Assembly: GCA_903918315.1 (NCBI GenBank)
Contig: CAIXEA010000029.1
Location: 22,777-86,776 of the forward strand
Length of the DNA stretch: 64,000 bases
Origin: an uncultured Acetobacteraceae bacterium
GTDB lineage: Bacteria; Pseudomonadota; Alphaproteobacteria; Acetobacterales; Acetobacteraceae
Reading direction: 5' to 3'
The notes below the pieces were generated by a model. That model was given only the letters and a program-made list of their open reading frames with translations. It was not told where the DNA came from and searched no databases. The translations under genes were made by a program, and so were the position numbers. How positions within the stretch are numbered: position 1 is the first letter of the stretch; every line of letters begins with the position of its first letter. This document shows, piece after piece, positions 30,664-39,220 of the stretch.

Positions 30664-31674
30664 CTAGGCCGGCACGCCTTTGCTGGTTGAATACTCGAAA
30701 TGCAGCGCCTGATCCGGATGCACCACCGCGAACGCGGCATGGGCCGCCATTGCCGCCTCACTAAAGCCCTGCAGGATCAGTTTCAGCTTGCCGGGGTAGT
30801 TGGCCACGTCGCCGATGGCGAACACGCCCGGGGTACTGGTCTGGCAGGTCGCGGGATCGATGGTGACGTGATGCAAATCGCGCTCCAGCCCCCAGGACGC
30901 GATCGGGCCGAGGTCCATCGACAGGCCAAAAAACGGCAGCAACACATCGGCCGGGAGCAGTTTCGTGTCGCCCTTCAACGTCGCGACCTCCACGCCGGTC
31001 AGCGTGCCGCCAGTGCCGTGCAAAGCATGTAATTGATAGGGAATGACCATCTCGACCTCCCCTCGCGCCGCCGCGGCATCGAGCTGGGCCGCGGTTTCCG
31101 GGGCCGCGCGGAATTTGGGACGCCGATGCACGACCGAAACCTGGGCGATGTCCTTCAAGGCCAGTGCCCAATCCACCGCGGAATCGCCGCCGCCGGCAAT
31201 GACCACGCGCTTGCCACGCAAAAGCTCCCGCTGACGGACATAATATTGGACCGCGCCCGTGGCCTCATAGGCTGGCAGGCCTTCCAGCGGCGGGCGGTTG
31301 GGGCCGAAGGCGCCAGCGCCGGCGGCGACGATCACCGCCCTGGCCTTGATCGTATCCCCCTGATCGGTGGTGAGCACGAAGGCGCCGGCCTGACCGCTGA
31401 GGGTTTCGACCCGCCGCCCCAGCAGACGCGGTGTGTCGAAGGGCGCGATCTGCTGTTCCAGCTTCGCGACCAACTCCCCCGCGTCGATCGCCGGATGGGC
31501 CGGGATGTCATAAATGGGCTTTTCCGGATACAGCGCGGCGCACTGCCCACCGACATCGGTCAGCGCGTCGATCAGGACGGCGGACAGTTTGAGCATGCCA
31601 AGCTCGAACACCGAGAATAACCCGACCGGGCCCGCGCCGACGATCGCGACGTCGGTTTCGATTTCCTGTGCCAT
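30664..31674 (-). CDS. Thioredoxin-reductase-like ferredoxin--NADP(+) reductase
   Basis: GAGPVG, GGQCAALYPEKPIYDIP, GGGDSAVDW and YPGKLKLILQGF motifs; no CxxC. Confidence 0.92.
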   Translation of the reverse strand: MAQEIETDVAIVGAGPVGLFSVFELGMLKLSAVLIDALTDVGGQCAALYPEKPIYDIPAHPAIDAGELVAKLEQQIAPFDTPRLLGRRVETLSGQAGAFVLTTDQGDTIKARAVIVAAGAGAFGPNRPPLEGLPAYEATGAVQYYVRQRELLRGKRVVIAGGGDSAVDWALALKDIAQVSVVHRRPKFRAAPETAAQLDAAAARGEVEMVIPYQLHALHGTGGTLTGVEVATLKGDTKLLPADVLLPFFGLSMDLGPIASWGLERDLHHVTIDPATCQTSTPGVFAIGDVANYPGKLKLILQGFSEAAMAAHAAFAVVHPDQALHFEYSTSKGVPA

Positions 31675-31887
31675 CATTGCCCCCTGGAACACCAGCCGGC
31701 TGCGCGTTACCCCTCACCGCGCTCCAGAGCAATACCGGTTTAGGTTGAATCGCGCAGCGATCCACAAACCGGTAAAATGGCTCGATAAAATATATCTAAA
31801 GTATGTGCGTTGTCAGACGGACACGCTTCAGCGGGGCGGACAGATGGCAGCAAGTAGGTGTCAGCGACGGTTTTGAAAGGGGTGCGG

Positions 31888-32076
31888 ATGCCGGCGAAAG
31901 GACGAACAAAGGCGGGAACGAAAGCCGTGGCGAACGAGCTAAGGCGATTGGCCGCAGCGGTCGCCGTGACCCAGCCTGCCACGCCGCCCGAATCACCGGC
32001 GCGGGAGCCAGCGGCGACGGCGGCGGAGAGGGCGGCGGAGAGGGCATTTTTCGACTCCCTCGGGGGTGATCCCTGA
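31888..32076 (+). CDS. Hypothetical 62-aa protein
   Basis: GAAAGGGG RBS before the ATG at 31888; AT-rich upstream region; C-terminal AERAFFDSLGGDP. Confidence 0.5.
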   Translation: MPAKGRTKAGTKAVANELRRLAAAVAVTQPATPPESPAREPAATAAERAAERAFFDSLGGDP

Positions 32077-32095
32077 TCGCGAAATCGTCCGGCCA

Positions 32096-33688
32096 TTACC
32101 GATCCAGCCAGACATCCTCCATCCGCCAGCCGTTGAAGATGCTGTTGACCATGATGGTGATGTTCTTCACCTCCGGGCGCCAGCAGGTGCCGCCGCGCAA
32201 GTAGTAGATCATCGGCCGCACCGCCTCTTCGGTCAGCTTGCGGTCGATTTCCCACGCGATCTGCTTGCGTTTGGTCTGGTCGCGCTCAGCCGATTGTTTC
32301 GTAATCAGCGCATCGACGTTTTTGTTGCAGTAATCCATGTAGGTGCGTGAACCGCAGGCGTAGTTCTCCGGATAGTTCTGATCCGGATCGTCCACACCGT
32401 TTCCGACCTGACTGAGGGCGATCTGGTATTCGCGGCGGATGAGCTTGGGGACCCAGATCGCGGTTTCGATCACGTCGAGTTCGGCGTCGATATAAATCTC
32501 CTTCAGCTGGCTGATCAGGATGATCGAGGAATCGCGGTAGGTGGGGATGTTGCGGGTCGATAATTTCAGCGCCAGACGCTTATCCGGGCCGTAACCATGC
32601 GCCTCCATGATGGCGCGGGCCTTGGCGCGGCTTTTGGCGACGTCGGGGTCGTAGCCGGGCATGGTGGCCAACATTTCCTTCGGCATGCCCCAGCTGCCTT
32701 CGGGCTGCGGCTGCATGGCGCCGCCGATATCGCCCTGGCCTTCGGTCTGAATGTCGATGAAGGCCTTGCGATCGATCGCCATGGCGACCGCGCGGCGCAC
32801 GTCCAGGTTGTCGAAGGGCGGCACCGGGTTCATCAGCACATTGGCGGCCACGTTCATCGGCGAGATGTCGCAAATCGCCTGCGGCATCTGCTTTTTCACA
32901 TCGGCCACCAGCGGCACGGTCAGCTCATAGGGGAAGATCATGTCGAAATTGCCCGCCACCAGCGCCAGGATCGCGGTGGAACGGTTAGGGATGATCGTCC
33001 ATTCGATCGCATCAAGGTAGGGCAGGCCCGGCTTCCAATAGTTGGGGTTGCGCACCACCTTGATCGATTGATTGGACTTGTATTCGACGTATTTGAACGG
33101 CCCGGTGCCGATGGGGTTCTGCCGCATCTCCCGCGGCGACACATGGCATGGGTACATCGGCGTGAAGCCAGAGGCGAGCAGGCCGAGCAGCGCCGGCTGC
33201 GGCGCTTTCAGTTTGACTGCGATTTCCTCCGGCCCATTGACGGCCACGCTTTCGATGTTGGAGTACCAGCCTTTACGGAAGTTGACTTTGAAGTTCTCCT
33301 TCGCGGTGCCCATCAAAAGGTCGAAGGTGCATTTCACATCGGCCGAGGTGAAGGGTTTGCCGTCATGCCAGCTCACACCCTTGCGTAGCGCGAATGTGAG
33401 GGTTTTGCCGTCTTCGCTCCATTTCCATTCGGTCGCGAGTTCGGGGACGATGCCGTCGAGCGTGTTCTGGCGCTTGTGCTGGTCGAAGATCACCAGGTTG
33501 TTAAAGATCGACATCGCCGGCGCGTTGACGGAAATGGTGCCTTCTTCGTGGATCGACATGCTGCCGGGGCTGTCGCGATGAGTGAGGCGCAGTGTGCCCC
33601 CCTGTTTCTGCGCCTGGGCCGGAGAGAAGGTCAGTGCGGTCAGCAGGCCGATGATGGCGAGTTTGACCACGGCTCGAATGCGACTCAC
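32096..33688 (-). CDS. Family 5 (peptide/nickel) ABC substrate-binding protein, orphan
   Basis: GTG start; PELATEWKWSEDGKTLTFALRKGVSWHDGKPFTSADV and PIGTGPF motifs. Confidence 0.93.
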   Translation of the reverse strand: MSRIRAVVKLAIIGLLTALTFSPAQAQKQGGTLRLTHRDSPGSMSIHEEGTISVNAPAMSIFNNLVIFDQHKRQNTLDGIVPELATEWKWSEDGKTLTFALRKGVSWHDGKPFTSADVKCTFDLLMGTAKENFKVNFRKGWYSNIESVAVNGPEEIAVKLKAPQPALLGLLASGFTPMYPCHVSPREMRQNPIGTGPFKYVEYKSNQSIKVVRNPNYWKPGLPYLDAIEWTIIPNRSTAILALVAGNFDMIFPYELTVPLVADVKKQMPQAICDISPMNVAANVLMNPVPPFDNLDVRRAVAMAIDRKAFIDIQTEGQGDIGGAMQPQPEGSWGMPKEMLATMPGYDPDVAKSRAKARAIMEAHGYGPDKRLALKLSTRNIPTYRDSSIILISQLKEIYIDAELDVIETAIWVPKLIRREYQIALSQVGNGVDDPDQNYPENYACGSRTYMDYCNKNVDALITKQSAERDQTKRKQIAWEIDRKLTEEAVRPMIYYLRGGTCWRPEVKNITIMVNSIFNGWRMEDVWLDR

Positions 33689-33788
33689 GTGGGGCGTCCT
33701 TCCCTGGATTATCCGTTGGCGGCTTGTGTTGACAGGACTGTGGCACGGGGGGCGGGCCGGCTCAATCGGGAAGAAGCTGCCAAATAAA

Positions 33789-33836
33789 GCGCCCACGGGA
33801 GCGCCCACTGGAGCACCCACTGGAGCACCCACTGGG
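33789..33836 (+). repeat. 4 x 12-bp tandem repeat (GCRCCCACKGGR)
   Basis: GCGCCCACGGGA GCGCCCACTGGA GCACCCACTGGA GCACCCACTGGG. Confidence 0.9.
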
Positions 33837-33925
33837 GTTGGTTCTGTCCCGCCCTCAGAAATACGGACAGGCGCACCCCGACCCAGCGATAGACCCGACT
33901 CCACCCCTACGGCACACTACCAGGC

Positions 33926-34369
33926 ATGTTGTCCCGCCCCCTCCCCGACCTCCAGGCCACCGAAGGCCTGGCCGCCGCCCTGGCCGCGCGGGTGCGCCGC
34001 GGCGATTCGATCCTCCTGTCGGGCCCGCTGGGTGCCGGTAAGTCCGCCTTTGCGCGTGCGTTTCTGCGGGCGCTGACCGCCGATGCGGCGCTGGAAGTGC
34101 CCAGCCCGACCTTCACCCTGGTGCAGAGCTACGACACGCCGCGCGGGCCGGTGCATCACTTCGACCTCTGGCGCCTGACGGATTCAACCGCGATGGCCGA
34201 ACTCGGCTGGGACGACGCCACCGATGACATCGTGCTGGTGGAATGGCCCGACCGCCTGGGCCCGTTGACCCCGGCACGGGCACTGACCCTGACGCTGCGC
34301 ATCACCGGGGACGACTCCCGCGCCGTCACGATCGAAGGCTGGGACGATCGGCTGGGGGACCTGGCATGA
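33926..34369 (+). CDS. tsaE: tRNA t6A biosynthesis ATPase TsaE
   Basis: GPLGAGKS, VPSPTFTLVQ, HFDLWRL and LVEWP motifs. Confidence 0.96.
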   Translation: MLSRPLPDLQATEGLAAALAARVRRGDSILLSGPLGAGKSAFARAFLRALTADAALEVPSPTFTLVQSYDTPRGPVHHFDLWRLTDSTAMAELGWDDATDDIVLVEWPDRLGPLTPARALTLTLRITGDDSRAVTIEGWDDRLGDLA

Positions 34370-35385
34370 CCCGGGATGAGGCTATCGCCGCGTTCCTGCG
34401 CCAGCACGGCCATGAAGCCGCGACCATAACCCCCCTGGCACAGGATGCGAGCTTCCGGCGATATCTCCGCCTGAGCGGCGGCCTTGTACTCATGGACGCC
34501 CCGCCGCCGGAGGACATAACCCCGTTCCTGCGCATCCGCGCCCACCTCGCCGCCATTGGCTTGTCGGTGCCCGGCATCGTCGCGGCGGACGAAACCCAGG
34601 GGCTGCTGCTGGAGGAGGATCTCGGCGACGACCTGTTCGGCAGCATCCTCACCCCCGACAATGCAGCGATGCTGTTCAATGCCGCGGTGGACACGCTGGT
34701 GGCGATCCAAAGGGCGGCGCCACCAGCGGCGTTGCCGGCGTGGAACACCACCATGATGCGCGACACCGCGCTGGGCACGCTGTTCGACTGGTGGTGGCCA
34801 GCGGCGTTTGGCACCCCCGCCCCTGACGACGCCCGCCAGGACGTGGCCGCGGCGTTGACCACCATGCTGGCGCCGCTGGCGGCCGGGCCGACATGTTTTG
34901 TGCACCGCGACTTCTTCGCCGGCAACCTGCTATGGATGCCCAACCGTACCGGCATCCGCCGTGTCGGCCTGATCGACTTCCAGGGCGCCGCCCTCGGACA
35001 TCCCGCTTATGATCTGGTGTCACTGATGCAGGACGCGCGCCGCTCGATTAACCCAACCCATGAGGAACGCGCCCTGCAGCGCTACTGCGCCGCCCGGCCT
35101 GATCAGGATCCATCGGCATTCCGCGCCGCCTATGACGCCTGCGCGGCGCAGCGGCATCTGCGCGTGGCCTGCCAGTGGGTGCGGCTGGCGGTGCGGGATG
35201 GGAAACCGCAGTACCTGGCGTATGGCCCCCGCACCTGGGCACTGCTGGATCGCGCATTGGCCCGCCCGGCCGCGGCGCCATTGGCCGCGGCACTGGATCA
35301 CTGGGTACCTCAGGCCAAACGGGGGAATCCGCCCCTTCAGACGATGGCCGGCGCAGACCCGGCGATGATGGGCAGGAAAGCGTGA
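34366..35385 (+). CDS. amgK: Anomeric MurNAc/GlcNAc kinase (APH family)
   Basis: DASFRRYLR, LLLEEDLGD, HRDFFAGN and IDFQGA motifs; sits between tsaE and murU. Confidence 0.88.
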   Translation: MTRDEAIAAFLRQHGHEAATITPLAQDASFRRYLRLSGGLVLMDAPPPEDITPFLRIRAHLAAIGLSVPGIVAADETQGLLLEEDLGDDLFGSILTPDNAAMLFNAAVDTLVAIQRAAPPAALPAWNTTMMRDTALGTLFDWWWPAAFGTPAPDDARQDVAAALTTMLAPLAAGPTCFVHRDFFAGNLLWMPNRTGIRRVGLIDFQGAALGHPAYDLVSLMQDARRSINPTHEERALQRYCAARPDQDPSAFRAAYDACAAQRHLRVACQWVRLAVRDGKPQYLAYGPRTWALLDRALARPAAAPLAAALDHWVPQAKRGNPPLQTMAGADPAMMGRKA

Positions 35386-36137
35386 GCAACCCCATGACCA
35401 TCCACCCTCGGACTGCCATGGTCCTCGCCGCCGGCCTGGCAACGCGCATGCGGCCGCTGACGGATCACACCGCCAAGCCGCTGCTGATGCTGGGCGGGCA
35501 GACGCTGCTGGATCATGCGCTGGATCGCCTGGCCGAGGCTGGAGTCGAAACCGTGGCCGTCAACGCCTTCTGGCAGGCGGACAAGGTGGCCGCGCACCTG
35601 GCATCCCGCACCAAACCGCCGACGACGGTGCTCCACCGGGAAACGACGTTGCTCGACACGGGCGGGGGGGTGAAGAACGCGCTCGATATCCTCGGCCCGG
35701 ATCCGTTCTACGTGATCAACGGCGACGCGGTCTGGCTGGATGGGCCAACCCCGGCACTGACCCGGCTGGCGCGGGCATGGAGCGATGATGTGGACGCGGT
35801 GCTGCTGCTGCACCGGACATGCCAGATCATGGGGGACGTCGGGCGCGGGGACTTCGCCCTCGATCCGCTGGGCATACCGCGGCGGCGGCGGGAGCGGGAG
35901 ATCGTGCCTTATCTGTTTGCCGGGGTGCAGCTGATGCACCCGCGCCTGATGGACGGCATGCCGGACGATGCGTTCAGCACCAACCGGGCCTGGAACCGGG
36001 CTTTGGACGCCGGCCGCCTGCGCGCGGTGGTGCATGATGGGCACTGGTTCCATCTTTCCACGCCTTCAGACCTGAAAGACGCAGAAGAGGTGATGCTCGC
36101 CCCGGTGACGGGTGACGCGAAATGGCCGTGGCGGTAA
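35382..36137 (+). CDS. murU: MurNAc-1-P uridylyltransferase (nucleotidyltransferase)
   Basis: AMVLAAGLATRMRPLT, KPLL, LDTGGG and INGDA motifs; GTGA overlap with amgK. Confidence 0.88.
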   Translation: MSNPMTIHPRTAMVLAAGLATRMRPLTDHTAKPLLMLGGQTLLDHALDRLAEAGVETVAVNAFWQADKVAAHLASRTKPPTTVLHRETTLLDTGGGVKNALDILGPDPFYVINGDAVWLDGPTPALTRLARAWSDDVDAVLLLHRTCQIMGDVGRGDFALDPLGIPRRRREREIVPYLFAGVQLMHPRLMDGMPDDAFSTNRAWNRALDAGRLRAVVHDGHWFHLSTPSDLKDAEEVMLAPVTGDAKWPWR

Positions 36138-36153
36138 CCAAGGGGCGTTGAAC

Positions 36154-39129
36154 ATGGCGGCGCTGAACCTTTTCACCCTGCCGCCGTATGTCCCCTTTCT
36201 GGACGCTATCGCCGCCGCCTGGCTGGCGCGCGGCGATGACCCATTGCAGATGGCCCGAGGCCTGATCCTGCTGCCAACCCGCCGGGCGGCGCGCGCGCTG
36301 GCGGACGCGTTCCTGCGTCTGTCAGATGGCAAACCGCTGCTGCTGCCGCGGATCACCGCCCTCGGTGCATTGGATGAGGCGCCGCTGACCCTGGCGGGCG
36401 CACTGGACCTGCCGCCGGCGGTCGAGCCGATGCAGCGCCTGGCTGCGCTGACGCGTCTGATCCTGGCGATGGGGGGACGGAACGGCGCGCCGAAGGGCGC
36501 AGACCGGGCATGGCTCCTGGCGCAGGAACTGGCCCAGCTGATGGATGAGGCGGAGCGGGCCGAAATCGACCTCGCCCAGCGGCTGCCGGACGCAGCAGAC
36601 CCGGCCTTTGCTGAGCATTGGGCGGAGACGCTGACGTTTTTGCATATCGTGACGGAGGCCTGGCCGGCCTGGCTGGCCGATAACGGGCTGATGAACCCGG
36701 CGGCACGGCAGGTCGCGCTGCTGAACGCCCAGGCCGAGGCCTGGCGCGATGCCGCGCCGGAGGAGCCCATCCTGATCGCCGGTACCACCGCCGGGGTACC
36801 GGCCGTGGCTCGGCTGCTCGCAGTCGTGGCGCGGCTGCCGGCCGGCCAGGTGGTGTTCCCGGCGCTGGATATGCTGATGGACGATGCCGCCTGGACCGAC
36901 CTGGAGGAATCGCATCCGCAGGCGGGGTTGCAGCGGCTGCTGCATGGGCTCGGTGCGACGCGCGACGATGTCATGCCCTGGCCCTGGCCCCTGCAGCCCG
37001 CCAACGGCGTGCCGGAGGGGCGATTCGCCCTGCTCTCCCGCGCGCTATTGCCGGCCAAGGCGTTGTCGGCATGGCGCCCGATTGCTGATGAGGCGGCCCC
37101 GGACCTGGACGGGATCTGGCGCCTGACGGCCGCGGATCAGCAGGAGGAAGCCGAGGCCATTGCCATCTTGCTGCGTGGCGCGCTCGAAAGCCCCGGCGCG
37201 TCCGCCGCCTTGGTCACACCGGACCGCATGCTGGCCAATCGCGTCACTGCCGCCCTGCTCCGGTATGGCGTGGTCGCCGATGACAGTGCCGGGGAGGAAC
37301 TGGCCGATACCCCGCCCGCGGTGTTCCTGCGCTTGCTGATCCGCGCCGTCGCCGAATCGCTGGCCCCGGTGCCGCTGCTGGCACTGCTGAAACACCCGCT
37401 GGCCGCCGCTGGCCTGTCCCCGGCCGCCTGCCGGCGGGAGGCGCGGGCGCTGGAACTGGCGATCCTGCGCGGACCGCGGCCCAACTCGGGCTTCGCCGGC
37501 ATCCGGATGGCGCTGGATCAGCAAAACGCCCCCGAAGCGATCCAGGCGTTCTGGAAACAGGTGGTCCTATGCCTGGAGCCCGTCCTCCGCATGCAGTCCG
37601 CGGTTGAGTCCAGCCCGCTGGAGGCACTGGCCGCGGTGATCGGGGCCGCTGAACGCCTCGCCGCCACCGATGCAAGCACCGGCCCTGCCCGGCTCTGGTC
37701 CGGCGAAGAGGGTGAAGCGCTGGCAACCCGCCTCTCGGACGTGCTCGCCGCCCTTCCCGGCATGCCGGATCAGAGGTGGGCGGTGCTGCCCGGGTTGCTC
37801 GACGCCGTGCTGCAAGGCGGGGCGGTGCGTGACCGCCGCGCGATGCGGGGGCGCGACGGGTCACTGCATCCGCGCGTGTTCATCTGGGGGCTGCTGGAGG
37901 CGCGGCTGCAAAGTACCGACCTGCTGATCCTCGGTGGCCTGGCGGAGACAGTCTGGCCGCCGGCAACCGACCCCGGCCCCTGGCTGTCGCGGCCGATGCG
38001 AAAAAGCGTCGGGCTGCCCTCACCCGAGGAAATCGTCGGCCAGGCCGCGCATGACTTCGCAGCCACGGTCTGCGCGGCGCGTCAGATCGTTCTGTCCTGC
38101 CCGGAACGCCGAGACGGCGCCCCGGCCGTGCCAGCGCGCTGGCTGACGCGGCTGGAGATGTTCCTGGCCGGACGAAATCTGTCTTTGCCCGCGCATCCCG
38201 CCGCCGCCTGGGTGCGGGCGCTTGATCTGCCGGCGGATGGGCCCCGGCCGGTGCCGCCGCCGCGACCCAACCCGCCTGTCGCACGCCGTCCGCGGAAGCT
38301 GAGCGTGACCGAGATCGAGACCTGGATCCGCGACCCCTACGCAATCTACGCCAGGCACATCCTGAAGCTGAAAGCGCTCGATCCGCTCGACCAACTGACC
38401 GATGCCAGCGATTACGGATCGCTGGTGCATGACGGGATGAAGGCCTTCTACAGCGCCGCCGGGCGGCGCTGGCCCGCCGATGCGCCAGCGCGGCTGCGGG
38501 CCGCCATGGCCAAGACGCTCAAGCAGGCAGGGCTGCGCCCGGCCTTGCAGGCCTGGTGGCGGCCGCGGCTGGATCGCATCGCCGACTGGGTCGCGGAAAT
38601 CGAGGCAGCACGCTGGGCGGCGGATCCGCCGCATGCCATCCGGGCGGAAGTGCCGGGTGCGCTCGATCTTCCGTCCGGCCGTGGTTTCCGGCTGACAGGC
38701 CGGGCGGATCGCATCGATCGGCGGGGCGACGGGACTCTGACGATTTTCGACTACAAGACCGGCACGCTGCCAAAGCAGACCGACGTCGAAACCGGCCTTA
38801 TCCCGCAGTTGCCGCTGGAAGCCGCGATGGCCGCCGCCGGTGCCTTCGGACCCGAAATCTCCGGGGCGGTCACGGAATTGCTCTACTGGCACCTGACCGG
38901 CGGCACCACGCCGGGGGAGTCTTTGCACTTGTTCAAGGGTGCGGCCGCACCCACACAAGCCGCCGCGGCCACCGCGCTGGATCGACTGCGCGGCCTGATC
39001 GATGCCTATGACGACCCGGCCCGCGCCTATCTGTCGCAGCCGCACCCTGGTCAGACGCCGCGCTTCTCGGACTATGTCCAACTTGCCAGAGTCGCGGAAT
39101 GGCAGGCAGCCGGGGACAATGAGGAATGA
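36154..39129 (+). CDS. addB: Double-strand break repair nuclease AddB
   Basis: LLPTRRAARAL, LSVTEIETWIRDPYAIYA and GRADRID...FDYKTG motifs. Confidence 0.96.
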   Translation: MAALNLFTLPPYVPFLDAIAAAWLARGDDPLQMARGLILLPTRRAARALADAFLRLSDGKPLLLPRITALGALDEAPLTLAGALDLPPAVEPMQRLAALTRLILAMGGRNGAPKGADRAWLLAQELAQLMDEAERAEIDLAQRLPDAADPAFAEHWAETLTFLHIVTEAWPAWLADNGLMNPAARQVALLNAQAEAWRDAAPEEPILIAGTTAGVPAVARLLAVVARLPAGQVVFPALDMLMDDAAWTDLEESHPQAGLQRLLHGLGATRDDVMPWPWPLQPANGVPEGRFALLSRALLPAKALSAWRPIADEAAPDLDGIWRLTAADQQEEAEAIAILLRGALESPGASAALVTPDRMLANRVTAALLRYGVVADDSAGEELADTPPAVFLRLLIRAVAESLAPVPLLALLKHPLAAAGLSPAACRREARALELAILRGPRPNSGFAGIRMALDQQNAPEAIQAFWKQVVLCLEPVLRMQSAVESSPLEALAAVIGAAERLAATDASTGPARLWSGEEGEALATRLSDVLAALPGMPDQRWAVLPGLLDAVLQGGAVRDRRAMRGRDGSLHPRVFIWGLLEARLQSTDLLILGGLAETVWPPATDPGPWLSRPMRKSVGLPSPEEIVGQAAHDFAATVCAARQIVLSCPERRDGAPAVPARWLTRLEMFLAGRNLSLPAHPAAAWVRALDLPADGPRPVPPPRPNPPVARRPRKLSVTEIETWIRDPYAIYARHILKLKALDPLDQLTDASDYGSLVHDGMKAFYSAAGRRWPADAPARLRAAMAKTLKQAGLRPALQAWWRPRLDRIADWVAEIEAARWAADPPHAIRAEVPGALDLPSGRGFRLTGRADRIDRRGDGTLTIFDYKTGTLPKQTDVETGLIPQLPLEAAMAAAGAFGPEISGAVTELLYWHLTGGTTPGESLHLFKGAAAPTQAAAATALDRLRGLIDAYDDPARAYLSQPHPGQTPRFSDYVQLARVAEWQAAGDNEE

Positions 39130-39220
39130 GCGCTGTCGGAGCAAATTGCCCAAGCACCGCGCGAGTGGGGTGTTTAGCGCAGGGGCAAAACAGCGCCTCC
39201 TTCACAGATCGGGCCCGCCC

